A DNA stretch of 64,000 nucleotides from Lama guanicoe (Eukaryota), in the NCBI GenBank assembly GCA_013239625.1, contig MU053933.1, forward strand, positions 374,001-438,000, in the 5' to 3' direction. Position numbers and translations under genes: made by a program. The notes under the pieces are model-generated. The model saw only the letters and a program-made list of their open reading frames with translations, did not search any database and was not told the origin of the DNA. Below are positions 49,770 through 62,072 of this stretch, piece after piece. The number at the start of each line of letters is the position of its first letter. Positions within the stretch are counted from its first letter, which is position 1.

Positions 49770-50365
49770 TGGGGCCATAGCACTCTTCACAACAGGTGGA
49801 AACAACCCACATCAACAGACGACGGGGAAAACAAGATGTGCTCTGTCCACGTGGTGGGATATTACTCAGCCATAAACGGGAACGGAGAACCGATACCTGC
49901 AACGACATGGATGAAACTTGAAAACGTTCTATTTTTAAATTTATTTTTTTCTTTAATGGAGGTACCAGGAATTGAACCCGGGACCTTGTGCGTGCTAAGC
50001 ATGTGCTCTATCACTGAGCTACACCCACCCACCCCTGAAACCGTTCTATTAAGTAAAAGAAGCCAGACACACGAAGCCACATTTTGTATTGTCCTGTTCA
50101 TATGAAATGTCCTGAACAGGCAGATCTACAGAGACAGAGAGCGGATTAGTGGTTGCCCAGGCCAGGGGTCAGGGGGAGCTGGGAGGATGGGGAGGTGACA
50201 GCTGAAGGGCTCCTTTCTGGGGTGATGGACCTGTTCTGCAAGCGACTGTGGTGATGATTGCACAGTTCTGTGAATATACTAAAAAATGACTGAACTTTAC
50301 ACTCTGAATAGGTGAATTGTATGGCGTATGAATTGTATCCCAATAAAGCTGTTACAAGAAGCAGA
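49770..50365 (+). mobile_element. Old L1MB-like 3' end, interrupted by a SINE
   Basis: gtggaaacaaccc...acatggatgaaacttgaaaac...aagaagccagacac...attagtggttgcc...caataaagctgtt. Confidence 0.85.
49934..50035 (-). mobile_element. tRNA-derived camelid SINE (vic-1-like) with 15-bp TSD
   Basis: Reverse complement of the SINE; flanks TGAAAACGTTCTATT (49919-49933) and TGAAACCGTTCTATT (50036-50050). Confidence 0.92.
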
Positions 50366-51254
50366 AAAAAGAAACCAACAAAAGTGGGCCAGCAGGTGTG
50401 GACGGGCCAGCTGGCACCAAGGCTGACTTTGGAGCCCTCTTGCTTCTTGGACCTGCCACCAGGGCCCTCCCTCCCTGCCTCGGTCTATTTTGGAGCACGG
50501 CCTTCCTGGGTAAACTCTTGGGCTGTCGTTCGGTCTCTAGGGAGTCAGACAGGATGCCCAACTGCGGTGGCTCTTCCTAGTGGAAGTGGTGAGAAGAGAG
50601 GTCCGAATCCCTGGGAGCAGGTCAAAGGTCTGCGAGCAGAGTTACTGCCAGGTACCTGGGGATTGCACAACCGAATAAATGAGTGACAGGAGTGTAAACA
50701 GATGCAACATTTCAGCATCCAGGTTGGTTAGGAACCCAAATCAACATGCCAGCAAGGGTCATCTCGAACTGACATCAAGTTTGTCGGTCACCGTGATTCT
50801 TGGCATGAGTCTCATTCTTTCCATTTGGAGTCACACGTTCGAGATCCTGGAGGATGGAAGCAGGTGAGAGAGGGCTGCGTGCCAGGAGGGTCCTCAAGGC
50901 CTCCTCAGATGGGATGTTACCCTTTTCACAGCAGCATTGGAGAGACGATGGCCGAGGAGGTTGAGATGACCTTCCAGAATCTGTCCACAGAATCCTGCTC
51001 TATCCAACTTGGAAAGCCCAGGCAGCTTGCTGGCCAACCTATAGAGCTGTTTCTCCGTGCTGCACGGCTCCTTCCCCCTGGTCTGGGCTCCCCGCTCCTG
51101 GAGGTTCTGCGCTGGCTGTAATGACTCACCTCCCCTGGGGTTCGCCTGCCGCACCACTTCTCAGCCCTCAATATCGGAGCCGGATGCAAGCTTCCCACTG
51201 TTTTCTCTATTCTGCTTTCTTGAGGACAAGAACACAAACCATTTTTCATTCCTA

Positions 51255-51745
51255 AGGGCTGCAGGAGACAGAATAATGGCCCCTCAAAGAGACTCACGTC
51301 CTAACCCTCAGAACCTGTGAATGTTTCCTTATGGGCAAAAGGGACTTTGCAGATACAGTTAAGCTAAGGATCTTCAGAGAGAAAGATTGTTCTGGATAAT
51401 CCAGGCAGGGCCTAAGTGTGATTACAGGGCTCTTAACAAGGGAAAGAGGGAGGCAAGGGGGTCAGAGAAGATGGGAGAGAGCAGAGATCAGAGGAGAGAG
51501 GAGAGAGGATGCGGTGTTCTGGCCTTGGACGTGGAGGAGGGACCATCAGCCGAGGATGCAGGTGGACTCTTGAAGCTGGCAAAGGCCAGGAAATGAGTTC
51601 TCTGCTTGAGAAGAATCTCCTGAATGGAATGCAGCCCCACCAATAGCTTGATTTTAAACTTCTGACCTCCAGAACATGAAGGCCACGCACGTGTGCTGTT
51701 TTAAGCACTGTTGGTGGTCACTGTGACTGCAGCCACAGGAAACTG
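51255..51745 (+). mobile_element. MaLR LTR (MLT1D-like)
   Basis: cagaataatggccc...gaacctgtgaatgtt...ggcaaaagggactttgcagat...cttctgacctccagaac...gcagccacaggaaactga. Confidence 0.88.
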
Positions 51746-52724
51746 ATGCTTGAGTTTTACTACTGGCTGAGGCTGGGACGCAGGCAAGACTGAGCAAGAC
51801 AGGGAGCTGTTAGAAATCCTAAAAGTCACCAGTGCTGGCGGAGGCCGGCCTCCCCTGGGGCGACCAGGCCCACGTCCGCGTCCCCACACTTCTTCTCCGA
51901 CTCCCCTGCTGAAGCTTATCCCAGGGGTCTCCCACTGCTTGCAGAGGGGCCAGTCTTGCCCAACCCTGGCCACGCTGGAGCTTGGGTCAGATGACCGGAA
52001 CTTGACCACAGGGGCAGCTTGGATCGGGTGGCCTCACAGCCCTTCTGATGGGGCTCTCAGACTCGTCCTCACCTGTCCTGAGCCTCAGCTGACCTCAGTT
52101 TGCTGGGACAATGCTCATTGGCTGGACAAAGAAGCCACGTGCTCAGCTAAGGCTCAGCTTCGTCATCTCTCTCCTAAGCTGATGTCCTGACAAAGTCTTT
52201 CCCCCGGGCGCACAGGTTACGGAGCAGAAGCCACACTTCCTGGATCCAGCTGCCCTCAAGCTTCCTCCAGGCCCCCACCTCTTGCTTCAGCCAACAATCT
52301 AAGTTCTTGCTTCCACTTGATGGTGGCTTTGCGTTCTCAGCTCATTTAAACACCCCAAGTCTAATGCAGGCCCCCCCCCTTCCCCAGCTCTGAGCACTGG
52401 CAGCATCTACCTCCTTAAATCCGGTTTGACTCTCTCTTGCATCATTCACCAGATACTGTGTTGACTGCCCACTTGGTGCTAGGGGCTGGGGGTGGGGTCG
52501 GAGGTTATTCTGGCCATCAGGGAGTTTAGAGATGCGTGGAGAAGACAGACGATAACCAAATATGAACTTCTACAAATCTTTAATTCCGTTGTGATAAGGG
52601 GTGTGATGAAAAAGGCCGGGTTGTGACAACTGGACCTCACCTGGCTTCAGAGCCAGACAAAGCATCCGTAAGCAACATTTAGGCTCAGGGTGGAAAGTTG
52701 GGTGGCAGGGAAGGGCGAAGGGGA

Positions 52725-52765
52725 GTGTGTGTGTGTGTGTGTGTACGCGTGCATGTGTGCATGTG
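52725..52765. repeat. (GT)n microsatellite with degenerate tail
   Basis: Directly visible. Confidence 0.85.
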
Positions 52766-55049
52766 CCTGCTCACACTGGTGGCAGGTAGTGGATTCCAAA
52801 TCGGTCTGAAAGGAGCTGGTTCCTTCACTCATCTGGTTATTCACTGGGGACCTCCTACAGAGCACCGGCTGCTGGGCTGGCGGACAGAGCAGTCTGTGCC
52901 TGGAGCAGCCGCGTGCGGTGTGGACCACGCTGGAAGTGGCTGCTGACGTCGAGTGGAGGGAAGGTAATAGTTAGGGCCAGAGTGACGGCAGGGGGAGGAG
53001 AGGCTGGATGAGAAGAGGATTCAGGAGGCTGAATTTCCTTGAACTGGAGGCTGATGAAAAGTGGGTGATGAGGACCCAGGGAAGGTCACGGTGACCCTGT
53101 CCCCGGCATGAACAATGGGTGGGTTGTGGGGTCCTTTAAGGAGGGGAGCGGTGGGGAGAAGAGGCAGGCCGTGGGGCCGGGGAACATACTCCACTGTGGA
53201 CGCACGCACACCTGTCGTGGGCACGGCCAGCAGAGCTGGGATGCGGGTGGGGAAGAGGGGATGCAATAGAGAGCTGGGTCTTTCCGCGAAGCACCCAGAT
53301 TCTCTAAACCCACACGTACATGAAGGCTCTGCAGTCCTCAGAGGATAGAGCCAAGTGTCGTTCCTCCAGTGGGGTCTGTTAGCACCCCGGCCATGCTGCA
53401 GGGTCCCCTCCCCCAGAAATCCCTGGCTGCTCTGTGGGAACGGCGTCTGCTGGGTCAAGGATGTTCTCTGGCCTCAGGTGTGAGTCTGTCCAGCTCATTG
53501 GATGGGCTGGAGGACGGGGAGGCAAGGTCCAGGAGTGACCCCCAAGCAACCAGAACGGAACTTGGAGAAATGTTCTTTCTTTCTTCCTTGAACAATCCTA
53601 TTCCGCCTGGTGCCTCCACGCAGCCCGAGGGACCAGCTCTCTGGTTAAAGTGCCCAACCTCCCCCCTCTCCTGTGTTTCCCGGGACCACCATCCAAACCA
53701 GCTGCTTGTATGCAGAGCCTCATCTTAGGGTTTGTTATGAAAGAAGTGAAACTCAGGCATCAGTGAAAGTTCTGCTTTCGTCCTATGGTCACTCACTCCT
53801 TGTGGTCAATTACGGGCGTTTACTTGGACAGTTATAAGGGTGCGTTATGTCCATCTGACTGAAACACTAATAAGGGCACATGCTGTTTGAGGATGAGGAG
53901 CTATTCTCAGAGGAATGCTCTGTGATGCCCTTCGTGAGTCCCATTTATCCACTGTGATCTCTGGATCGCAACAAAGCAGCGGGAGCCAGGCTTCTCTGAC
54001 ATTTTGAAACTTGTTTCTAAATGAATTTGTCCTACAAAATAGTCGCATGGCTGCCAACTGCCGTCCTAGTCTGATTAAGCGTGAGGGGGAGGAGCCGTTC
54101 AGCCCAGTGGGGATGTGTCTGGGGCCAGGTGACCTTCCTAATGAGTTTTGAATCTCACCGTGGAGGGCCCGCCGGGTCGGGTCGGCCGTGCCGGCCGCCA
54201 GAGGCAGATCTTCCTGCATCTTCCCTCAATTACCTCCCGCTGGTCTCTCCTGCAAGGTGGGGTCTGAAACAGATCAAAACACGTCAGGAGCTTCAGATGC
54301 CCACAGGCATCCTGTACCCTTGAGCCTACGGCTGGGAATTCAGACGTGATGAGCCTCAAGGTTTTTTAAACCGACAGCAGTGGTGAGTCAAGAATGTGGA
54401 TGCTTTGCTGGGACCCAGACCAGAGCCAAGGTCAGGAGGGGTCTCTAGTCCTGGTCAGCCTTCCTCCTCATGCTCCAGGTCGTGAGGTCACTGCAACCCA
54501 AAGTAGAAAGAAGCTGAGTCACGCTTCTCCTGCTGCAGTCGTTCATGGGGGCAGGCCGGCCTGGCCGGCCCTGGTGGGTGGCACGCCGGTCCCAGCTGGC
54601 CCCTCACGGTCATCTATGTTGCCTGAGGCAGGCGCTCCCCTCATGAGGAGTCCCAGGTGGGCAGCGTTGGGTGGCAGTGGAGCCAGGGGACCACAGGATC
54701 TAAAAACCGACATCGTATTTCAGAGCATCTGTTTACCCTTTTGTTAGGAACGGCCGTGCCCTGGCTCCCTCCAGGACAGATTCCCTCCCATCAGGCGCTC
54801 CCGACTTGTGTGGTCTAAGGGGTCAGAAGACCAGGGTCATCACTGCCACGTGCTAGAACCCGTGGGCCGCGGGGTCCCTTTGGGGGCACGAGCGAGCGCA
54901 AGGACGCCCGCCAGGCTCCGGGCGAGGAGCACACGAGAGCGTTCTAACCTCTGGCCGTCGGCTGTTGCGCGGTGTCTACTTTAATACCACGATCAGTGTT
55001 GCCAGCAGCGCCAACAGTGACAATGGTGAAGAAAAGCACTTTGCATTTA

Positions 55050-55230
55050 CAACGTCTTCTTCCGCCTGTGCTTTCCTTTGACCCCGACGAGGCCTTGGGG
55101 GCCAGGCGTTGGCCTCATCCTCATCCTACCCACAAGGAAGCTGAGCCTCGGGGAGGTCAGGTGCGGCCAACAGGTGACAAATGGTGGAGCTGGGCCTGCG
55201 AGCCTCAAGGCCTGATTCTGGCTCCGTTCT
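55050..55230 (-). mobile_element. Degraded MIR
   Basis: catcctcatcctacccacaaggaagctgagcctcggggagg...ggtggagctggg. Confidence 0.5.
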
Positions 55231-55662
55231 GACAACGGCTGTCCTTAGGGAGGCTGTGCACGCACGGGGAGGCAGGTGTGCGGGCTGGCCCCACAGCTCC
55301 ATCCACGAGCTCTTGTCCTGTCCCTAAGAACCAAGGGTACCACTTGTCAGAAGACTGACAGCCTTGGGACCCCACTGCCATTTCATTAAAGATTTAAAAA
55401 TATAAGCCTCGTAGAACTCATTCCTTTTGGCAGGCACTGTAGCTCCCCTTTCACAACCCGTTCCGTCCCCCTCCCCACCCAGTCTGCCTCAGCTTGGAGG
55501 GTCTTCCTGGTATCTAGTTCCAGCCTCGGCTCACCCCAGACACCCCTGGGCTGTGGCTTTGACCCCTGGAATATACTTCAAGGTCCAGCAGTCCCCTGCA
55601 TTGGAGATGTTCAAGAAGAAACTGGACCCTGAAATTCCATCATCACACGGATTCTACACAAC

Positions 55663-55995
55663 TGCTGTCTGAATGTTTGTGTCTCCCCCAAAATTCGTAT
55701 GTTGACATCTGAATGCTTGATGTGATGGTGTTAGGAAGTGGGGCCTCCGCTAGGTGATGAGGTCCTGAGGGGGGAGCCCCATCAATGGGGTTAGTGCCCT
55801 CATGGAAGGGACTCTGGAGAGCTCCTTGTCCCTCCCACCACGTGAGGGACACCGTCCACGAACCAGAAGTGGGCCCTCACCAGACACCGTATCTGCCGGT
55901 GCCTTGATCTCAGACTTCCAGCCTCTGAATGTCTGTTGTTAATTATCTACCTGGTCTCTGGCATTTCGTTTTAGTAGCCTGAGCTGACTGAGATG
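55663..55995 (+). mobile_element. MaLR LTR (MLT1A-like)
   Basis: tctgaatgtttgtgtctccccc-aaaattcgtatgttga...gccctcaccagacacc...tgccttgatctcagacttccagcctc. Confidence 0.88.
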
Positions 55996-56879
55996 GCGCT
56001 CATGTATGTTTTCAGCCTGGTCCCCCTCCTGCTTGGTGGCCGGGGGAGGAGGACATGGATTTCATGAGCTGACAGTCTACTGCTCTTTCTGACTGTACAG
56101 GGCTCTCCTTGGTTACGAGGCCTGACGTCTGGGTAAACACGTGCGCCCAGCCTCCCTCTGGCTCAGCACTGGCTTCCCTGCCCTGGTGAGCCCTCCTCCC
56201 CAGCCTCAGCCCCACCAGCTCCTCTGCTTCCATTTAGCTGGGTGACCGCGGGGCGGGAGGGGACTGAGCCCCACAGCCCCTCTCCTGTCTACTCGGGGCT
56301 TCCCAGGGCCATCTGAGGTCTTGGTCTGGCCTGTTTCAGGGTCTGTGGGTGCAGAGGCACCCTTGACGGCTGGCTGGGCAGGGGCGGTGGGAGGGGGCTG
56401 TGGATGGGATGAAGGAAATGCTTCCAGAAGCAGAGCTTCAGCCTTGACCTCTCAGTCCTCCAGGCCCGGGGACTGGCCAGGCAGGCACATGCCGGCTGCA
56501 TTTAGCCCCTGTAGTGAAGTCTCACAGGGAGACTGCACTGATGCACTGAAATGCTGTGTGTGTCTGTGTCTGTGTCTGTGTGTGTGTCTGGCATTACTAT
56601 GAATTTTCCCACCTGAAGACTTTCAAGACCCCTGGACCCCAAGGGTCCTAGTTTCCCACCCTCCCAATCCTCCCCCTACTCCATGCCCACCTTGGTATAT
56701 TCCCCTTCCCTGCCTGTTTGTCTCAGGATGATGAAGTCCTCGTGGTCCCTAGAGTCCACTGATGAGCTGGCATCTGTCAGTGTGCAGGATGAACCTTGGG
56801 GCCTCACAGGCGCACAGGTCTGGACAGGTGGAAGGATGGAGAATTCAAGTCTGATTTGTTGGCGTAGAAAATGGAATCC

Positions 56880-57005
56880 GGGGAGGGTAGAGCTCAGTGG
56901 TAGATGCGTGCTTAGCGTGCGCGAGGTCCTGGTTCAATCCCCAGTGCCGCCATTAATAAATAAATAAGTGAACCTAATTACCGCCCCCTCACTCCCCCGA
57001 AAAGA
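56880..57005 (+). mobile_element. tRNA-derived camelid SINE (vic-1-like)
   Basis: ggggagggtagagctcagtggtaga...ggttcaatccccagt...aataaataaa...aacctaattacc; flanking AAATGGAAT at 56869-56877 and 57010-57018. Confidence 0.9.
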
Positions 57006-57556
57006 ATGGAAATGGAATTCACAGACAGCTCTTCTCATTATTGGGATTCATGGCAGAGAGTACAGCACAGGCAAAATAATGATTTGTGTTTGAATGAAGT
57101 CCATCCCCCAGTGGGTCTCCATCTCTAACCATGTGGACCTGGGCTAAAATAGCCCTTATCTGTCCTGGAACACCCCCAAAGGGAGGTGAAAGCGGGGGAG
57201 GTGTTCTGCTCAGCTTGAGGCGCGGAGTAAGCGGCCGGAGGAGACTCACCTCCAGCAGAGCTGTGGATGAATGAATACAGGAGCCACTGGTTTCCGTGAG
57301 CATCGCAAGTGGCCCTTTCCACAAGGGACGTGGGGAAGATGATGGATAAACAAGCTGAAAACCGTCAAGGAGAATTGGAGGCGTTGGTTTTCTATGTGGA
57401 ACTTGATTGTGTTTAGGTAATATTCCCCGTTCCTGCCCCAGCCTCCCAAGGGGTGCAGAGGGGGCACCAGACCTGCCGGCTGACTTCAGCAGACGTGAGG
57501 ACCCTTCTATTCTACACAACTGCAGCCTCCACGTCCACCATTGCCTAAACTGCACG

Positions 57557-57811
57557 GATGCTGGCTGTCCAGCAGGTCGGACGGACACTGTCGGTCCAGC
57601 AGGTCTGGTGCTGGCCACCCGGCAGGTCTGGAGCTGGCCGCCCGGCAGGTCTGGTGCTGGCAGGCAGGTCTGGAGCTAGCTGCCCGGCAGGTCTGGAGCT
57701 GGCTGGCAGGCAGGTCTGGTGCTGGCAGGCAGGTCTGGAGCTGGCCGTCCGGCAGGCCTGGTGCTGGCTGCCCCGCAGGTCTGATGCTGGCTGTAAAGCA
57801 GGTCTGGGAGC
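57557..57811. repeat. GC-rich minisatellite, about 10 units of 19-23 bp, core GCAGGTCTGG(T/A)GCTGG
   Basis: Directly visible tandem array. Confidence 0.93.
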
Positions 57812-59109
57812 TTCAAGAGTTTTCTGCTGTTTCTCCTGGAACGGGGCTGACCTCCGCTCAGCACCCACTCCATCTCCCCGCCTGAGACGGCTCAGGTGGC
57901 TTGGGGAAAAGCCTCTGCTTCCTCCATTCAGCACCATTTTAAGTGACTCGTCCTTGCTCTGGGCCCCAAAGTGCAAAGGAAAAAGATGGGTCATTTCAGC
58001 AGACTCCTGGGGCGAGGTGGGGGTCGGGGAATCACAGCCTTTAAAAGCTGTTTTTAAAACAATACGGCAGGATTTAGAAATTGGCAACTGACTATTCTAT
58101 GTTTATTTGAAGCATGATGGAATCATTTATGGTTGTATTTTTTCAAAACCTGTCTCAGTGAAAAAAAAAATTTGGTTTAACAGAGGCTGTGCCAGGGGTT
58201 GGGGGGAGGAAGAATTCTGGGAAACCAAAATTGGGTTTCAGCGTCTCTAGTCCAAACATTTGGGGAGCCATTGGTTTCCACGTCTGTCGGGGAACCGGAT
58301 GACCTCATGGTGCTGAATCCAGCCTGCGCGAGCAGCAGGACGCACTGTAATTGGAGGGGAAACCCTCACCACTGCTTATCTCTAGGGAGGAGACGAGTCG
58401 CAGACAGAAGGTAAGGAAAGCTATGTCAAGCGGTAATTCTAGTCCTTAGAAATCTTACGGTGGCCAAATGGAATTTATTTTAAGATTCTGAAGTCATCCA
58501 CCTTGGCACTTTATTTTCTGAGCAATGTGCCCTGTCTTGGAGGTGAAGACGGCTCACTCCAGTGTTAGGTCATTACCACAATGCCCAGACGAAAGCCAGC
58601 GTGAGGTCACCTGGCTGCTGCCAGGGCCAGGTTTATAGCCAAGCTGGGGACCACTTAGTGGCAGGGCTGCCACCCCCGCTGCATTCTTGCGCTGGTTGAT
58701 TCCAGCAGATGCGCTTCTGCAGCGGAGGTGCTGGGCTGTGAGGCAGCGAGGTCCCGGGGAACAGGGATGCACAGGCACGCAGCTCCCGTCCCGCTCAGGA
58801 AAGCTACCGAATGGTTTTCCTTCTTCCAGAGTAACAGAGGGCTGGGGGGTGGGGGGAGTCAGGTTGCTGGGGCAAGTTGCTTGAGGGCATCCAGCTGACC
58901 TCTTCTGTAACTGCCTGTGAGCTGCTTGTCCCACGCCAGGGACAGACCAGCGGGAAGCAGTGGGAGTCTGTGCCGGAACTTCGGCATTCAGACCTGCAGC
59001 TAAATTCACTGCTCCTGGACTGATGTCCTTGATTAAAACTTCATTGCTGCTTTTCTGTTTTCTTTTTCTTTTCCCCTTTTCTCCCCATAGCAAGCATGCT
59101 CTGAACGCT

Positions 59110-59265
59110 TTGCTTCTCTAAGATCGACAAGCACAGGAGTCACCTGGAGGTCTTGCAGATTCTGATGCAATCGGTCCCAGAGGCCAGCCTGGGAGTCAGC
59201 GTGACCAACAAGCTCCCTGTGATACTGCTGCCCTGGTCTGGGGACCACACTTTGAGTAGCCAGGC
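59110..59265. mobile_element. MER5A-like (hAT-Charlie) fragment
   Basis: gcagattctgatgca...aacaagctccc...gggaccacactttgagtagc. Confidence 0.75.
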
Positions 59266-59317
59266 CTGAAATCTCCTTTGACCCCAGGAGACTTCTAGAA
59301 CTGGCTCCTCACAGCCC

Positions 59318-59819
59318 TGTGAATGAGAAATATTGCAGCCATATCAATTAACAAAGGATGGTGCGGCCATCAAGTCATCAGCCACTACTACCAACGGACA
59401 GTGAGGGGAGGGAACTCAGGATGCAGACAAGCAGGCAACCCTGCCCTGCTGCCACCCCCAGCGGTGCCCCTGAGTGGACTCAGGATGTGGATGCACAGGA
59501 CACGGGTCCTGGATAGCTCAGGTGCACATCAGGGGAGTGATTTCAGTGAGCCCAGACCTTTGCACCTTCCCGTACATAGAAAAGCACTAAATTCCTTAAC
59601 TTGAGATATTTGGTTTCCATTAATTAACAGTGATCTTTTGATGTTCCGACTACCTGGTCTTTGTTGCAAAAACTCCTGTATCCTGGCTTCTACCTTGCCT
59701 CTTTGAAACAGCTTCTTAGAGCCATCTCAGAGGCTGTGTTCCAGCTTGAGTCCTAAGAAAATCTACTGAATAAAACGTAATTCTCAGCTTTTAGGCTGTG
59801 CTTTTTACTTCAGTCAACA
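59318..59819 (+). mobile_element. ERV1-type solo LTR (~500 bp)
   Basis: Starts TGT, ends CAGTCAACA, AATAAA at 59769-59774, 4-bp flanks GCCC/GCAC (1 mismatch), no primer-binding site after it. Confidence 0.75.
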
Positions 59820-61514
59820 GCACCGTGCCGCGCGCACATCCGGTGCTGGGAGACACGTGTCCGCAATCCTGATAACCTCTGCGGCGCGGTAATGGCCTGA
59901 ACGTGGTGGATGGTGAGTTCCCACTTATGAGACATGAGGGAAAGGCCGAAATGCCCGTCAGCGAGGAAGGCGTGGGTAGGCGGCCGCGAGGCCGGGGAGA
60001 AGTGAAAGCCACGCAGAGCCTGAGCCTCAAAAGACAGAGGGGCTCTTGCATGGAGAGTGGAGCGCAAGGGAAGAGTGAGTACCGCGCACGGAGCGAGTGC
60101 CGCCTGGACTCCTGCAAAAGAGACCTCCGGGCCGGGAGGGGGCGCTGTGAGTGGGCAGCCAGGGGCTCCCCGTTGGAGTATCAACTGCAGCTTGGGGATG
60201 GATACAGGCCGAACTCAAGGCTGGGCCCTGGGAACTAGGCAGAGATGACCCTGCTTCCTTGGAGTCCCAAGGAGCTGCAAACTGGACTGTCACCAGCACA
60301 CTCCAGGGCCTGGGACGGGCGGGTGGCACACGGCAGGTTCTCGGTCAGTGCCTCTTGAGCAGATGGAGTGAAAACAGGGCGGGAATGAAACGAGCGGCCT
60401 GATGGGTGCAGGAAGCAGGCTCAGACTGCCGGGGAGGCGGGTGGCGGCCTGTGTTACGCGGTGGCCTTCTGCTGCACTCTGTCCCCCAGAGGAGCGGGGT
60501 GGCTGCCGGAGGGAGAAGGATCGCGGAAGATGCGTGCTAGAGTCTGAGTCTCCCCAGGGGAAATCGTGGGGCCTGGTAAGGCCCTGGGGTTATCAGCTGT
60601 GGGGTCAAGCGGACCTAACTCGGCTCTGGGGGCTCAGACTGAAGTGGGCTCGGAACCAGGAGGCAGCCCAGCTGGTTATCCCCGCACATCCTCGAGGTGG
60701 GGGGCAGGTGGTGGGGAGCAGCCCCTTGGATGGGCCAGGGCACTGCCTCTCCTGGAGCCTCTTGTCGACTTGGGGACTGGGTGTCCCCATCACAGAGAGT
60801 GCCTGCGTGAGGCTGGGGAGCAAGGCCAGGCCTGAGGGCCCTAAGAGAGCCCTGGACAAACTCGCCCTGGCCTCCCTGGCCCAGGACCCTCCACTCCCAG
60901 GTGGGGGTCCTGCACGTCCCTGCTCATCACGGTCACTGAGGTCCCCACAAAGCCCAGCGAGCGGCAGCCCAGGAAGCCTTGTGTTAGGTGTCTGACTTTG
61001 TAAGCGCTCTTAAACCCCTCGTGCCCATGGGCCCGGGGCAGCTGCCTCAGCTTGGGGAAGTCCTCAGGGCAGACGGCGTGGACAGGTCCTGCCCGCTGAG
61101 AGACCGCCTTTGTGCTTCCCCAGGTCAGCCCTAAGGGGAGAGGGCAGTGTGTTCCCGCCATACTGATTTAAACTTCTCATTGTGACGTATGTATAGTTCC
61201 AGCCTTTGAAAAGAGTTGCAACAATTGTACAAAAAATTCCTGTGCTTTCAAGTAGTAGATTTGCTGCATTTTTTACCTCTAGTGCAATCCCTGTGTAAAT
61301 CCCTTTTCTTATACTTGTACAGTATAACGTCTCTTGGTCTAGATCCTTGCGTATGTAAATGGGATAAGCTCCATCTATGCGTGGATCCCTTTTCTGAGAC
61401 ATAGTCTGTCTCTATTTCCTTTTATATATACATATGGAAGTCTGTTTATCTACATTCTTTATATATAGTATAAGCTGTGTATCTTTTCATACAAACATAT
61501 ATACTATAATCTCT

Positions 61515-61855
61515 GTGCTATGGTCTGAATGTTTTTGTCCTTCCACAATTCACATGCTGAAATTTAATCCTCGATGTGATGGTGTTAGGAGGCGGGGGCC
61601 TTTGGGAGGTGCTGAGGTCATGAGGGAGGAGCCCCTGTGAATGAAGTCAGTGTCCTTCTATAACAGCCCCACAGAGCTCCCTCTCCCTCCACCAGATGAG
61701 GACACAGGGGGAAGAAGGTCCTCGTCAGACTCTGAATCTGCCGCAGCCTCGATGTGGACTTCCCAGCATCCAGAACCGTGAGAAATACATTTTCATTGTG
61801 TCTAAGCCACCTGGTGTGCAGCGTTCTATCACAGCAGCCTAAACGGACTCGGACA
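61515..61855 (+). mobile_element. MaLR LTR (MLT1A-like)
   Basis: tgctatggtctgaatgtttttgtcc...attcacatgctgaaat...ggacttcccagcatccagaaccgtgagaaata. Confidence 0.9.
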
Positions 61856-62050
61856 CTCTGTCCATATGTGTGTTTATATGTATCTTTTCATACGTGTTAT
61901 AGTCGCTTTCTGTGCATACATCTTTTCATATATACACATTATTTCTCTGTCTCTTCCCTGTGTTTTCATATATGCATATGGATATATGCTTTTCTTTTCT
62001 AAAAAGCAACTAGTTCTCTTGAACTGCTCTTGGGTTAAAGGGAAGATTTC

Positions 62051-62072
62051 ATATATATATATATATATATAT
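62051..62072. repeat. (AT)n microsatellite
   Basis: Directly visible. Confidence 0.95.

Noticed and set aside
57557..57811. CRISPR-like repeat-spacer appearance
   Set aside because: Eukaryotic context, linkers only 3-7 bp and related to each other, no cas genes; it is a minisatellite, and its ORFs are repeat artefacts.
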